A stretch of 64,000 nucleotides of DNA from Polyangiaceae bacterium (GTDB lineage: Bacteria > Myxococcota_A > Polyangia > Polyangiales > Polyangiaceae). A program made the translations under genes and the position numbers. The notes beneath the pieces are model-generated. The model was not told the origin of the DNA, ran no database searches, and worked only from the letters and a program-made list of their open reading frames with translations. The stretch lies in contig JBILLK010000002.1 of the NCBI GenBank assembly GCA_044376115.1, positions 256,001 through 320,000 on the forward strand. Direction: 5' to 3'. Shown here in pieces: positions 30,095 through 38,561 of this stretch. Position 1 is the first letter of the stretch. Every line of letters starts with the position of its first letter.

Positions 30095-31954
30095 TCAGTC
30101 GAGGGTGCCGCCTACCGTGAGCCACGGAGGCGAGAAGCTCGCGGAGGACGCCACCGGAAACGGTTGCGCGAGGCTAGGCCCGAGGCCGATCTGCAGGCCG
30201 CGAGTGGCCTCCTTCTTGGGCAAGGTGAGATCGGTCTCGCCGCTGAACTCACGCGCCGGCAGCAGCTTGGCGGTGGAGTCCTCGTTCGGATCGTAGATGA
30301 ACAGGAAGATCGATAACCCGGCGAAGACGCCTGCCGCGCCCATGATCCCGTACGAGGTGTAAAGCAGCGGGTCGTGCAGGTCGTCTGCGGGGTCAACCGT
30401 GCCTTCGACATAGCGGTTCAACACGATGCCGCCGCCTAGACAGCCAGCGGCCAAAAGCGTGGTGATGACGGCTGCGCCTTTACCCGGTGCTTCCTCCAAC
30501 TTGGCGCGGATCGGGATCTCTTGACCTCGCGGGATCTGAATGAAGTTCTCGTACGACTTGCGGCCGGAGGCATCGATCTCGACTTCGTGCTCGCCCGCAG
30601 GAAGCCGAATGCGCAACGGATCACCGTTCTTCTTGTACGTGCCGATGGTATTTCCGTCGACCTCGACCTCGACCTCGTCGGCGTCCCCAGTGATGAGCAA
30701 ATAGCCGTAACCGACGCGTTCGAGCGGTGCATCCACCTTCACCGTTTGGCCCTGCACCACGTTCACCGTCTTCTCGAGCGTGACGAAGCCGGGCGCTTCA
30801 ATCCAAAGCTTGTGCTCGCCCGGCGTGAGCTCAATCGAGTTGGGCCCAACGGCGCGCGGCGCGTTCTTGTGAGGGGGCGGATCATCAACGAAGATCTGGC
30901 CGTTGGTGATCGGCATCGTGACCTCCATGCGGCCCACGAAATCGCCTTGGGAGAGGCCTGCACGGTAAACGTAGACGCGGCCGTCCTCGAAGGTGAACTG
31001 CGACCCGGTTGGGTTGTAATCGCGAAAGCCTTCAACGACGACGAAGTAGGTCCCGGAGCTGACCGAAAGGTTGGTCGGCGCCGTCAAGCCGCTCACGATG
31101 CGCTTGTATCCCGGCGCATCCGGCTTCTTCGGATCGAGCATCCCAGCCTTGGGATCCACCTTCTCGAAGATGCTCACGGGGGCGCCGGGCGGATCACTCT
31201 CGACGAAGATCAGCGACTTGATTTCAGCCTTCTGCGAGCTCGCGCTGGTCTCGGCGGTCTGTGCAGAGGCCTCTTTCTTTAGCCGTTCGATCGTCTTCTC
31301 GATGTCGGCGCGATCCGGCGCGTTGGGCTCGGCCTTGAGGAAGCGGGTGTAAACCTCGATCGCCTTCTCGCGATCGGCACCGCGTTCCGCCGCGACCGCT
31401 GCATTGAAGAGGAAGGCGCTGAAGCGATGCTTTTCATACGCGGCGGTGAACTCTGCGGCCGCTTCGGCGAATTTCTCGTCGGCAAACAGGCGCTGCCCCT
31501 TCTCCATGCGACCGCGCGCGTCGTCGATATCCTTCGCCAGCGGGCCGCCCTTGGCGTCCACGGCGGGAGGCGGTGGCTCGGTTGGGGGCGGCGGCTGCTT
31601 GGGCCGCTCGCTGCTCTCCACCGGCGCCGGCGGGATGTCGGCGGAGCTCGAAGCAGAGGCTGAAGCCGAGGCGGAGGGAGCGGCTGAAGCCGAGCTCGAG
31701 GCCGAAGGTGCAGCTGAGCTCGAGGCCGAAGGCGCAGCTGAGCTCGCCGGCGCGCTCGCCGAGGGAGCAGCGTTGCTCGCGCTTGCGCTGCCCGCCGACT
31801 TCGCGACCGAAGCGGACGCAGTGGGTGCACTGCTCGAAGCTTTGGCGGAGGTAGCAGGCTGAGCGCCTCCCACCCGCGGTTGGAGAAAGGGGAGCGCGAG
31901 CACGAGGCCCACCGCCGTCACCATGCCGACCCTACCCAAACGCACCATGCCCAT
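30095..31954 (-). CDS. TPR + multiple PEGA domain protein
   Basis: Signal peptide, Ala/Ser/Pro linker, TPR (FLFNAAVAAER..AIEVYTRFL), PEGA repeats (VESDPPGA, PGEHKLWIEAPGF, AGEHEVEIDASG), two C-terminal hydrophobic helices. Confidence 0.85.
   Translation of the reverse strand: MGMVRLGRVGMVTAVGLVLALPFLQPRVGGAQPATSAKASSSAPTASASVAKSAGSASASNAAPSASAPASSAAPSASSSAAPSASSSASAAPSASASASASSSADIPPAPVESSERPKQPPPPTEPPPPAVDAKGGPLAKDIDDARGRMEKGQRLFADEKFAEAAAEFTAAYEKHRFSAFLFNAAVAAERGADREKAIEVYTRFLKAEPNAPDRADIEKTIERLKKEASAQTAETSASSQKAEIKSLIFVESDPPGAPVSIFEKVDPKAGMLDPKKPDAPGYKRIVSGLTAPTNLSVSSGTYFVVVEGFRDYNPTGSQFTFEDGRVYVYRAGLSQGDFVGRMEVTMPITNGQIFVDDPPPHKNAPRAVGPNSIELTPGEHKLWIEAPGFVTLEKTVNVVQGQTVKVDAPLERVGYGYLLITGDADEVEVEVDGNTIGTYKKNGDPLRIRLPAGEHEVEIDASGRKSYENFIQIPRGQEIPIRAKLEEAPGKGAAVITTLLAAGCLGGGIVLNRYVEGTVDPADDLHDPLLYTSYGIMGAAGVFAGLSIFLFIYDPNEDSTAKLLPAREFSGETDLTLPKKEATRGLQIGLGPSLAQPFPVASSASFSPPWLTVGGTLD
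31640..31765 (-). repeat. Low-complexity tandem repeat encoding (SASSSAAP)n linker
   Basis: Repeated GAGCTCGAGGCCGAAGG.GCAGCT-like units inside the PEGA gene. Confidence 0.7.
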
Positions 31955-31958
31955 CCCC

Positions 31959-32792
31959 TTAGCCCATCCGAAGCTCTGCGAGCACACCGTAGTGATCCGA
32001 GGGAGCGACTCGTTGATCCCCCGAGCCCACGACTTCATTGAGACACACCTTGGCCGCAACGGGCAGACCGCGACCCTCCGAGTCAGGCCCCTGAACCAGC
32101 ACATAGTCGATGCGTCGGGGCGCCTCGAAGGTTAGGCCCGCGTGCGGATTCTCTTCGGGGTGGAAGGTGAACCCCGGGCCCGCGCCCACCCGCTCAAAGC
32201 AGTCGGTGAAGTGAATGCTGCGTCGTTCGAGCGCGTGTTTGCCGAGCAAAAAGCGGATCTCGGTCGTATCCGGGGCGGCGTTGAGATCGCCCACCAGAAC
32301 GGAGGGAAGGTCCCCGGCTCGAACGGTCGACGGCACAAAATCGGCGATCCCGAGCACTTGCTCTTCACGCAAGAACCCCTCATCGAACTTCCACGAAAGG
32401 TGGGTGACGAAGAAGGGAACCAAGCCCGCGGGCGTCTCGACCCGGGCAAAGTGCACCGAACGAGCATCGCTCCCCGGCAGCGCGAAGGTCTCATCTTGAT
32501 GCAGCGGAAATCGCGAGATGATGGCGTTTCCGAACTGGTCCCCGTTTTCGTAGCTGAAGGCTGGCCCAAAGGAAACGAAGGTTTCGGCTGGTCCCCTGGC
32601 TGCTGACCAAGCGTCGGCCAAGACGCAGGCCTGGCACTGGTCGCGCCGTCCACGCGGTTTGTGGATGACTTCCTGAACACCGATGATATCCGGGTTCAGC
32701 TCGGCGATTCCCTTTGTGAGGAGTCGCAGCCTATCCTCCCACGGTCCTTGTCGATTCCAGATGTTGATGGTTAGAACGCGCAGCGGGAGCAT
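31959..32792 (-). CDS. Endonuclease/exonuclease/phosphatase (EEP) family protein
   Basis: LRVLTINIW, PDIIGVQEV, GNAIISRFP, THL, GDLN, RIDY, SDHY; start re-picked at 32792. Confidence 0.92.
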   Translation of the reverse strand: MLPLRVLTINIWNRQGPWEDRLRLLTKGIAELNPDIIGVQEVIHKPRGRRDQCQACVLADAWSAARGPAETFVSFGPAFSYENGDQFGNAIISRFPLHQDETFALPGSDARSVHFARVETPAGLVPFFVTHLSWKFDEGFLREEQVLGIADFVPSTVRAGDLPSVLVGDLNAAPDTTEIRFLLGKHALERRSIHFTDCFERVGAGPGFTFHPEENPHAGLTFEAPRRIDYVLVQGPDSEGRGLPVAAKVCLNEVVGSGDQRVAPSDHYGVLAELRMG

Positions 32793-33957
32793 GAGCCAAT
32801 GGCTAGCGCTGAGCTTGCCTGCGTGCAATTTTTCCCAGCGTTCTATCGGCGTTGTTTTGGTTTTTGCGGCGCTCGCCGGGAGCAATGAACCCCTCGCGGC
32901 ACAGCCTGCAACAGCGCCGAGCCAACCGGCCGCCACCGTGCCCACGGTCTTCAGTGTGAGCTTCGCGGGGCCCAAGAACTGCCCCGATCGAGCGGAGTTT
33001 GTCTCCGAGATCCAGCGCCGCAGTCGCATCGCGGTTCCGGTCGGGCCCGGCCAACAGCCTGAAGTCGTGGCCAACGTGACGCTCGCGCAAGACGGGACCG
33101 GCTTTCGAGGGCACCTCGAGCTAACCACCGGCACCAAGTTCAAAGAGCGCAAACTCAAGAGCGATACCTGCGCGGAAGTGGTCAGCGCGCTGGCGTTGGT
33201 GACGGCGCTCGCGATCGATCCGAACGCTGAAACCAGGCCGATCGAGAGCCTCCCAGCTCCGCAACCTCCACCCTTGAATCCTCCGGTATTGCCGCCTCCT
33301 ACGCCTGACTCCGGCCCGATCGGGCCAGCGCGCCCCGTAGATTCTCGGGTGCTTTCGCAAACGAGCAGTCGGGTGGAGGAGCTGTGGTCGCTGCCCCTTC
33401 CGGCGTGGGTCGTTCGGCCTGCGCCGAAGCCGCGCTCATTGCACGCCGCGTTTTCGCTCCAGGCCGATCTGTTAGCCGGGCTCACCTCCGAGCCGCTCGC
33501 TGGCGTTCATCTTTCGGGTGGGCTCGCAGAGAGCCGCGGACTGCTTTGGTCGCTCTCGCTTGGGTTTTCCTACACGACCACGGTGGCTCCGCTTCAAACC
33601 CTCGGCTTGGAAGCCGACACCGAGCTTTTGCGCGGGGACGTCGAACTCTGTTTGCCGGGCTGGTCGCCGGTCCAGAGCTTGCGCTTCTTCCCGTGTGTCG
33701 GCTTCGGCGCCGGCGCTTTGCAAGCGACCTTCCTCAACGTTTCGTCCGAAGCCACCACGAGCGGCGCAGGCGCGTGGGCCGGCTTAGGGGTAGGCGGCCG
33801 CGGCGTCTGGTTGTTTTCCCCGCAGCTCGGGTTGGACCTCGGGTTGGGTCTTCAGGCGCCGCTTGCGTCCGCCGAATTCACTAACAATTCGCGCTTGATC
33901 GTCGCTAGCGGGCCGGCCGCCTTCGAGGCCCAGTTGGGCCTGGTCACCGAGTTCTGA
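32791..33957 (+). CDS. Hypothetical exported protein with Pro-rich linker and beta-barrel-like C-terminus
   Basis: Signal-like region, CPD..F / C..VV.ALALV.ALA.DP domain, alternating hydrophobic strands, terminal Phe; start uncertain. Confidence 0.6.
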   Translation: MSQWLALSLPACNFSQRSIGVVLVFAALAGSNEPLAAQPATAPSQPAATVPTVFSVSFAGPKNCPDRAEFVSEIQRRSRIAVPVGPGQQPEVVANVTLAQDGTGFRGHLELTTGTKFKERKLKSDTCAEVVSALALVTALAIDPNAETRPIESLPAPQPPPLNPPVLPPPTPDSGPIGPARPVDSRVLSQTSSRVEELWSLPLPAWVVRPAPKPRSLHAAFSLQADLLAGLTSEPLAGVHLSGGLAESRGLLWSLSLGFSYTTTVAPLQTLGLEADTELLRGDVELCLPGWSPVQSLRFFPCVGFGAGALQATFLNVSSEATTSGAGAWAGLGVGGRGVWLFSPQLGLDLGLGLQAPLASAEFTNNSRLIVASGPAAFEAQLGLVTEF

Positions 33958-34009
33958 GCGGCCCGCTTTTTTTGCGATCAAAGGCTGTCTGCCGGGAGAT
34001 GACCGTCCA

Positions 34010-34714
34010 GTGTTATCCTCGTTGGCGTTGAATCACGTACCCTTTGCCGAGCCCGAGGAGGAGGAAGACGTCGATTTTGATCGGCCATCTTCGCTCCTTC
34101 CTGGGGAATTGACGGCAAAGCAGGCTGCCCGGATCAAGCAGCTGGTCGTGGCCCACCACGGCTTTGTGTGGCGTTCGTTGGTCCGACTGGGCGTACCTCG
34201 CTCGGACGCCGAGGACGCGTTGCAGCAGGTCTTCATGGTGACCACCCGGCGCATTGACGACATTCGCGCCGATGCCGAGCGTTCTTTCCTGTACGGCGTG
34301 TGCATTCGCATCGCGTCGCGTTCACGACGAACTCGCGATCGGCGTCGCGAGGTGGGGGAGGCGGAATACGGCCCGGAGCGCGTGGATCCGGGGCTTCGTC
34401 CGGATGAACAGCTGGACCGCGTCGAGGCCCGCAGGCTGCTCGACGGCATTCTGCAGGCGATGCCGATCGAGCTACGCGCCGTCTTCACGCTGTTTGAACT
34501 CGAGCAGCTTACGATGGTGGAGATCGCAGAAATGACCGGGGTTCCCCAGGGAACGGTGGCCTCGCGGCTACGGCGGGCTCGGGCGATCTTCGCTGAGCAT
34601 CGCAGTCGAATCGAGGCGCGTTTGGCGAACTCGAGTGGGGACCGGATCTCGGCGCCCGTAACGCGGGAACGAGCCTCCGGTGAGTTGAGGTTGGTGGAAG
34701 GTGAGGGACAATGA
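34010..34714 (+). CDS. ECF sigma factor
   Basis: Region 2 (DAEDALQQVF..FLYGVC.R) and region 4 (RAVFTLFELEQLTMVEIAEMTGVPQGTVASRLRRAR). Confidence 0.93.
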   Translation: MLSSLALNHVPFAEPEEEEDVDFDRPSSLLPGELTAKQAARIKQLVVAHHGFVWRSLVRLGVPRSDAEDALQQVFMVTTRRIDDIRADAERSFLYGVCIRIASRSRRTRDRRREVGEAEYGPERVDPGLRPDEQLDRVEARRLLDGILQAMPIELRAVFTLFELEQLTMVEIAEMTGVPQGTVASRLRRARAIFAEHRSRIEARLANSSGDRISAPVTRERASGELRLVEGEGQ

Positions 34715-35418
34715 GCGAGTTTAAGCGACTCTTGGACGAGGGCTCCGAGATGGATCGGATGCTGCTTTCCTCCGCCGTTTCAGAGCAGCCTCCGGCGCGC
34801 TCGGTGGAGAAGACCTTGGCGGCGTTGGGCGTCGGCTCTGTCGTTGCGGCAGCTGGTGGGAGCGCGTTGGGTGCTGCTTCGGCGACGTTGGAGCTCGCTG
34901 GTGGAGCGGCTCCAGCCGCATCGCTCGGTGGGGCGAGCGTGGTCAAAGGCGGTTTCCTTGGGCTCGGTCTGGTGAAGGTTGCCGTTGGCGTCGCGCTCTC
35001 GGGTGCGGCCTTGGGCGGCGGCTATTGGATGGCTGCACACGAGGCCGAGCAGAAGGCGCGCGTCGAGCTCGCAGGTTCGGCCAAAAATGATCGTTTGGGT
35101 GGTGGGGCCGAGCTTGTTGGTGAGCCGCTGCTCGTGCCTGGGCCAGCCAGCGCGGGGCAACAGCGTGAGGTCGCTCGCGACAGGGCCCTCCCCAGTGACT
35201 CCGGGCAAGCTCGGACGCTGCGTTCGGCTCGCGGGGAGACGGCGCTCGGCGGTGAGGTCGAGCTGCTCGATCAAGCACGCAAGGCACTGCTTGCCGGAGA
35301 CAGCAAGGCTTGTCTCGCCAGGCTTCAGGCCTATCGCACGCGCTTTCCTCAAGGCCAATTGAAGGCGGAGGCGGACGAGCTGGAGGCGCGAGCCAAGAAA
35401 CGTGTAGAAACCCACTGA
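34711..35418 (+). CDS. Putative membrane anti-sigma factor
   Basis: ATGA-coupled to the ECF gene; short N-terminal domain, TM helix, C-terminal EVELLDQARKAL..YRTRFPQGQL helical motif. Confidence 0.65.
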   Translation: MSEFKRLLDEGSEMDRMLLSSAVSEQPPARSVEKTLAALGVGSVVAAAGGSALGAASATLELAGGAAPAASLGGASVVKGGFLGLGLVKVAVGVALSGAALGGGYWMAAHEAEQKARVELAGSAKNDRLGGGAELVGEPLLVPGPASAGQQREVARDRALPSDSGQARTLRSARGETALGGEVELLDQARKALLAGDSKACLARLQAYRTRFPQGQLKAEADELEARAKKRVETH

Positions 35419-35461
35419 CAGCCTTGCGCACCTCGCGCCGCCGGCGGAAAATCAGCGCAGC

Positions 35462-36007
35462 ATGGAAAAGCGACTTGAGTCCACGGTGCAGGCTGCTGAG
35501 GAAGCGCAGGAGAAGCCGACGGAGGAGCTGCCTGCCGAGCTCGAGGCGATCGCCGCGATGGCTCCGGTGCGTGATGCGGCGGCGGCGCGCTCGCCCGCTC
35601 CAAGTGGTCTCGCGTTGGCCCGCATCATGTCGATCACCGAAGACGGGATCAGCGTGCGCATCGGCGATGAGTTCGTTCAGGCCAAGTTAGAGCCCACGCT
35701 CGAACTCTCGGTTTTGCGCACAGCGCTCGACCGAGGAGAGCCCGTGCTGGTTGAACGCAACGGAGGCGAGGCGACCGTGGTCGCTGGTTTGCGTCTTCAG
35801 GCCACACCTGGGGTCGACAAGATGCGCGAGATCAACCTCGAAGCAGACTCGATCACGCTCAACGGCAAGCGTGAGGTCGTCGTTCGCTCCGGCCTCGCCG
35901 CGATGGCGGTGCGGGCGGTCGGGGAGATTGAGACGTACGCCGAGCGCATCGTTTCGCGCGCCGAAGGGGTGCACAAGATCATCGGCCGAATGTTGCGGCT
36001 GAACTAG
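35462..36007 (+). CDS. DUF6484/DUF3540-like protein (VgrG-spike-like beta-strand C-terminus)
   Basis: N-terminal OB-like segment (G.PVLV) and EVVVRSGLAAMAVRAVGEI..IVSRAEGVHKIIGRMLRLN tail. Confidence 0.55.
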   Translation: MEKRLESTVQAAEEAQEKPTEELPAELEAIAAMAPVRDAAAARSPAPSGLALARIMSITEDGISVRIGDEFVQAKLEPTLELSVLRTALDRGEPVLVERNGGEATVVAGLRLQATPGVDKMREINLEADSITLNGKREVVVRSGLAAMAVRAVGEIETYAERIVSRAEGVHKIIGRMLRLN

Positions 36008-36039
36008 TTTCGGCGCAGCGTGCGCGCTGGACGCTCTGA

Positions 36040-37548
36040 ATGGCAGACAACGACAACACCGTACGCGATGCGGGCCCTTTCGGACCGGGCGGGCCGGTTG
36101 CGCCCGCGCAAGCCGTGCCACCGGTTGCGCCCGCGCAAGCCGTGCCGCCGGTTGCGCCTGCTGCTGGTGGGGCTTACGCGGCAGGCACTACGCCCGCTGT
36201 TGGTGGCTACGCTGGAGCCGGCCCTGCAGCGCCTGCAGTCGGCGGTTCCTACGCCGCTGGCGCGCCTGCAGTCGGCGGTTCCTACGCCGCTGGCGCGCCT
36301 GCAGTCGGCGGCGCCTACGCTGGAGCCGGCCCTGCAGCGCCTGCAGTCGGCGGCGCCTACGCGGGAAGCGGTTACGCGAGTGCTTCTTATCCACCGCACG
36401 CAAGTCCTACGCCTAACGCAAACGCGCCTTCGCCTGGGGCCTATGTCAGCGCGCCAGCGGCGCCGGGAACCGTGCCAGCCGCTAAGCCTCCGCCGCCCTC
36501 AACGTTTCAAGAGGTGCGCGAGCTAGCGAAGGATTTCATCAAGCGCAACGAGAAGCTGATGTGGTGGGGCCACACAGCGTACGCGCTCGCGCTTGGCGCC
36601 TTCGTCGCCACCTTCGCGCAGAAGGGCTTCGAGCGGGCTCGGCTTCTCGCGCTTTCGCTCACCCTCGCGTGGGTGTTGGTCGTCTTCTTTTTCCGCTTCT
36701 TTGGGACCGGCACGCAGCAGGACTTCATGACTGCGTGGCCTGGCGCGCGCAGGCGGTTCTTCATCATGAGCTATCTGATGAAGAACCTGTTTCAGAGCAT
36801 GTTGTTCTTCCTCTTGCCCTTCTATTGGAAGTCGTCGAGCTACGTTGCCGGCACCTACCCAGTGTTCGTTGGGCTCGCAGCCTGCGCGGTGCTTTCAACG
36901 CTCGATGTCGTGTTCGACGGCGTGCTCTTACGCTTCAAGCTGGTCGCTAGCTTCTTCTTTGCGCTCACCTTGTTCGGCTGTGCCAACTTGGTGATTCCGG
37001 CGCTGATGCCGAACACGCCGATCATCATGACGTTGCTGATCGCCGGGGGTTTGGCGCTCTCAACGTTGGTGCTTTTCCACGTCTCGCTCGACAGGTTGCG
37101 ACGTCCGATCGCGCTCGGTGCGTTTGCTGCTTTCGTGACCATCGGGCTCTTGGGTCTGTACAGCGCCCGCGCGATCGTCCCGCCGGTGCCGGTGCATTTG
37201 GTGGAGGCCGGTGTTGGCACGAGCCTGCGCGCAGACGGCAAGCTCGACGCTGAGATCGTGGTGATTCGCGCGACCTCGCTCACCGAGACGAGCGAGCTCT
37301 TCTCGGTCGCAGAGGTTTCGGTGGTGGGAGACCGAGAGCAGTTCCGGCATGTCTGGCGCAAAGGGGGCACCGTGTTGCAGCATCAAGCGGCCGGAGCGGC
37401 ACCGGCGCAACAGGCTGGCCAGGTCCGGGTAGCGTCGAAGGTGCCGGTGCAGGATCTCCCCGCCGATAAGCTCGGCATCTACACGGTCGACGTGATCACG
37501 GCGAACGAGCAGGTCGTTGGGCGCACGCAGTTCGAGATCCGCGAATGA
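36040..37548 (+). CDS. DUF2914-type polytopic membrane protein with repetitive N-terminus
   Basis: About 7-8 TM helices (WWGH..ALALG, LFFLLPFY, PPVP), C-terminal HVW...YTVDVITANEQVVGRTQF domain. Confidence 0.7.
   Translation: MADNDNTVRDAGPFGPGGPVAPAQAVPPVAPAQAVPPVAPAAGGAYAAGTTPAVGGYAGAGPAAPAVGGSYAAGAPAVGGSYAAGAPAVGGAYAGAGPAAPAVGGAYAGSGYASASYPPHASPTPNANAPSPGAYVSAPAAPGTVPAAKPPPPSTFQEVRELAKDFIKRNEKLMWWGHTAYALALGAFVATFAQKGFERARLLALSLTLAWVLVVFFFRFFGTGTQQDFMTAWPGARRRFFIMSYLMKNLFQSMLFFLLPFYWKSSSYVAGTYPVFVGLAACAVLSTLDVVFDGVLLRFKLVASFFFALTLFGCANLVIPALMPNTPIIMTLLIAGGLALSTLVLFHVSLDRLRRPIALGAFAAFVTIGLLGLYSARAIVPPVPVHLVEAGVGTSLRADGKLDAEIVVIRATSLTETSELFSVAEVSVVGDREQFRHVWRKGGTVLQHQAAGAAPAQQAGQVRVASKVPVQDLPADKLGIYTVDVITANEQVVGRTQFEIRE
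36094..36362 (+). repeat. In-frame tandem repeats (27-bp and 33-bp units)
   Basis: CCGGTTGCGCCCGCGCAAGCCGTGCC(A/G) at 36094 and 36121 plus a partial copy; GCGCCTGCAGTCGGCGGTTCCTACGCCGCTGGC exact at 36229 and 36262 plus variants. Confidence 0.9.
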
Positions 37549-37550
37549 CG

Positions 37551-38561
37551 CTAGCGGCGATACCAGCGAGCGGCGTGTTCCGCTTGCGCTCGCGCAGCTC
37601 GGCGAGCTAGCCCGCGGGAGAACATCAGGCCTCCAGCGAAAAGCGGAGGAACGCCCATGATCAGGCCGCCAACAAGCAGCTTGTGATCGCTCTCTGCACC
37701 GAGCACCGCACTGAGTCCGAGCCCCAACGCGAGCAGCCCACCAAGCGAGGCCAACACGCCGCCAACGCCCAGGAGCACGAAGTCCCAAAGGCTGTTCGAG
37801 TTCAGCGCCTCGCGAGCGGCAGCCCAGGCGTTGCGTGCACGGGTGTTCGGCCCGTCTTGCTCGAGCCGAGCGCGCAGGAGCAAGCGACGCGCCCATACGA
37901 TCTCGATCAAAAGCGCTGGTAGCGAAACCAGGAGCACTGCCAAGCCAACGTAAAGCCGCGCAGGGTGATCCTCGCCGTAGTGGCTTTCATCCATCGCTTT
38001 GAGCGTGAGCAGCGGCGCATCGTAGAGGCCGTGAAGCAGAACCACGACCAGGTAGCCGAAAGGGATCGCGTACTTCTTGCGGTGGAACTTCCACTGCGAG
38101 ACATGCCATCCCAAGATCGCACCGGAGAAGGCATGGCCCGGAACAGCGGTGAAGGCTCGCATCACGGCAAGCCCCAGACCGTTCTGGAGTACGTAGAGGA
38201 CGTTCTCCAAGGTCGCGAAGCCAAGCGAAGCGGTGGCCCCATACACGAGCCCATCGAGCGGCTCGTCGTACTCCTTGTGGCGCGCGCAATAGCCAACGAG
38301 CACCAGCAGCTTGAGCAACTCCTCGGGAATCGCGGCTGAAGCGAAAGCATCGATCGGACCGCGCAGCAGCGGGTTCTTGATGCCATCGACGAGCGGCGAG
38401 TAGATGAACACCGCCGCCACACCGAACACCGAGAGCACGCCCAGCCCGAAGGTTGTCCACAGCACGCGCTGCGGCTCGCGATAGCGATCGCGCGCGTGGA
38501 AATAGCGCATGATGAGCAGGCTCGGAATGACCGCGCTGACCGCGAGAAAGGCGAAGCTCAT
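37551..38561 (-). CDS. PrsW family intramembrane glutamic/metalloprotease
   Basis: DRYREP, PEELLK, DGLVYG, GFATLEN, GH, HGLYD; start re-picked at 38561 (TGATG overlap). Confidence 0.9.
   Translation of the reverse strand: MSFAFLAVSAVIPSLLIMRYFHARDRYREPQRVLWTTFGLGVLSVFGVAAVFIYSPLVDGIKNPLLRGPIDAFASAAIPEELLKLLVLVGYCARHKEYDEPLDGLVYGATASLGFATLENVLYVLQNGLGLAVMRAFTAVPGHAFSGAILGWHVSQWKFHRKKYAIPFGYLVVVLLHGLYDAPLLTLKAMDESHYGEDHPARLYVGLAVLLVSLPALLIEIVWARRLLLRARLEQDGPNTRARNAWAAAREALNSNSLWDFVLLGVGGVLASLGGLLALGLGLSAVLGAESDHKLLVGGLIMGVPPLFAGGLMFSRGLARRAARAQAEHAARWYRR

Noticed and set aside
32793..33485. N-terminal extension of the 508-aa EEP ORF
   Set aside because: Antisense to the plus-strand gene; the EEP fold begins at LRVLTINIW
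33956..33973. GC stretch followed by a T run before the ECF gene as an intrinsic terminator
   Set aside because: Only a 4-bp stem is possible; could equally be promoter sequence
36004..36526. Alternative-frame repeat peptides (ADCRRCRAGSS; RLQSAVPTPLA) resembling RiPP precursors, or a CRISPR-like array
   Set aside because: By-products of in-frame tandem repeats in the 36040-37548 gene; no unique spacers, cas genes or modification enzymes nearby
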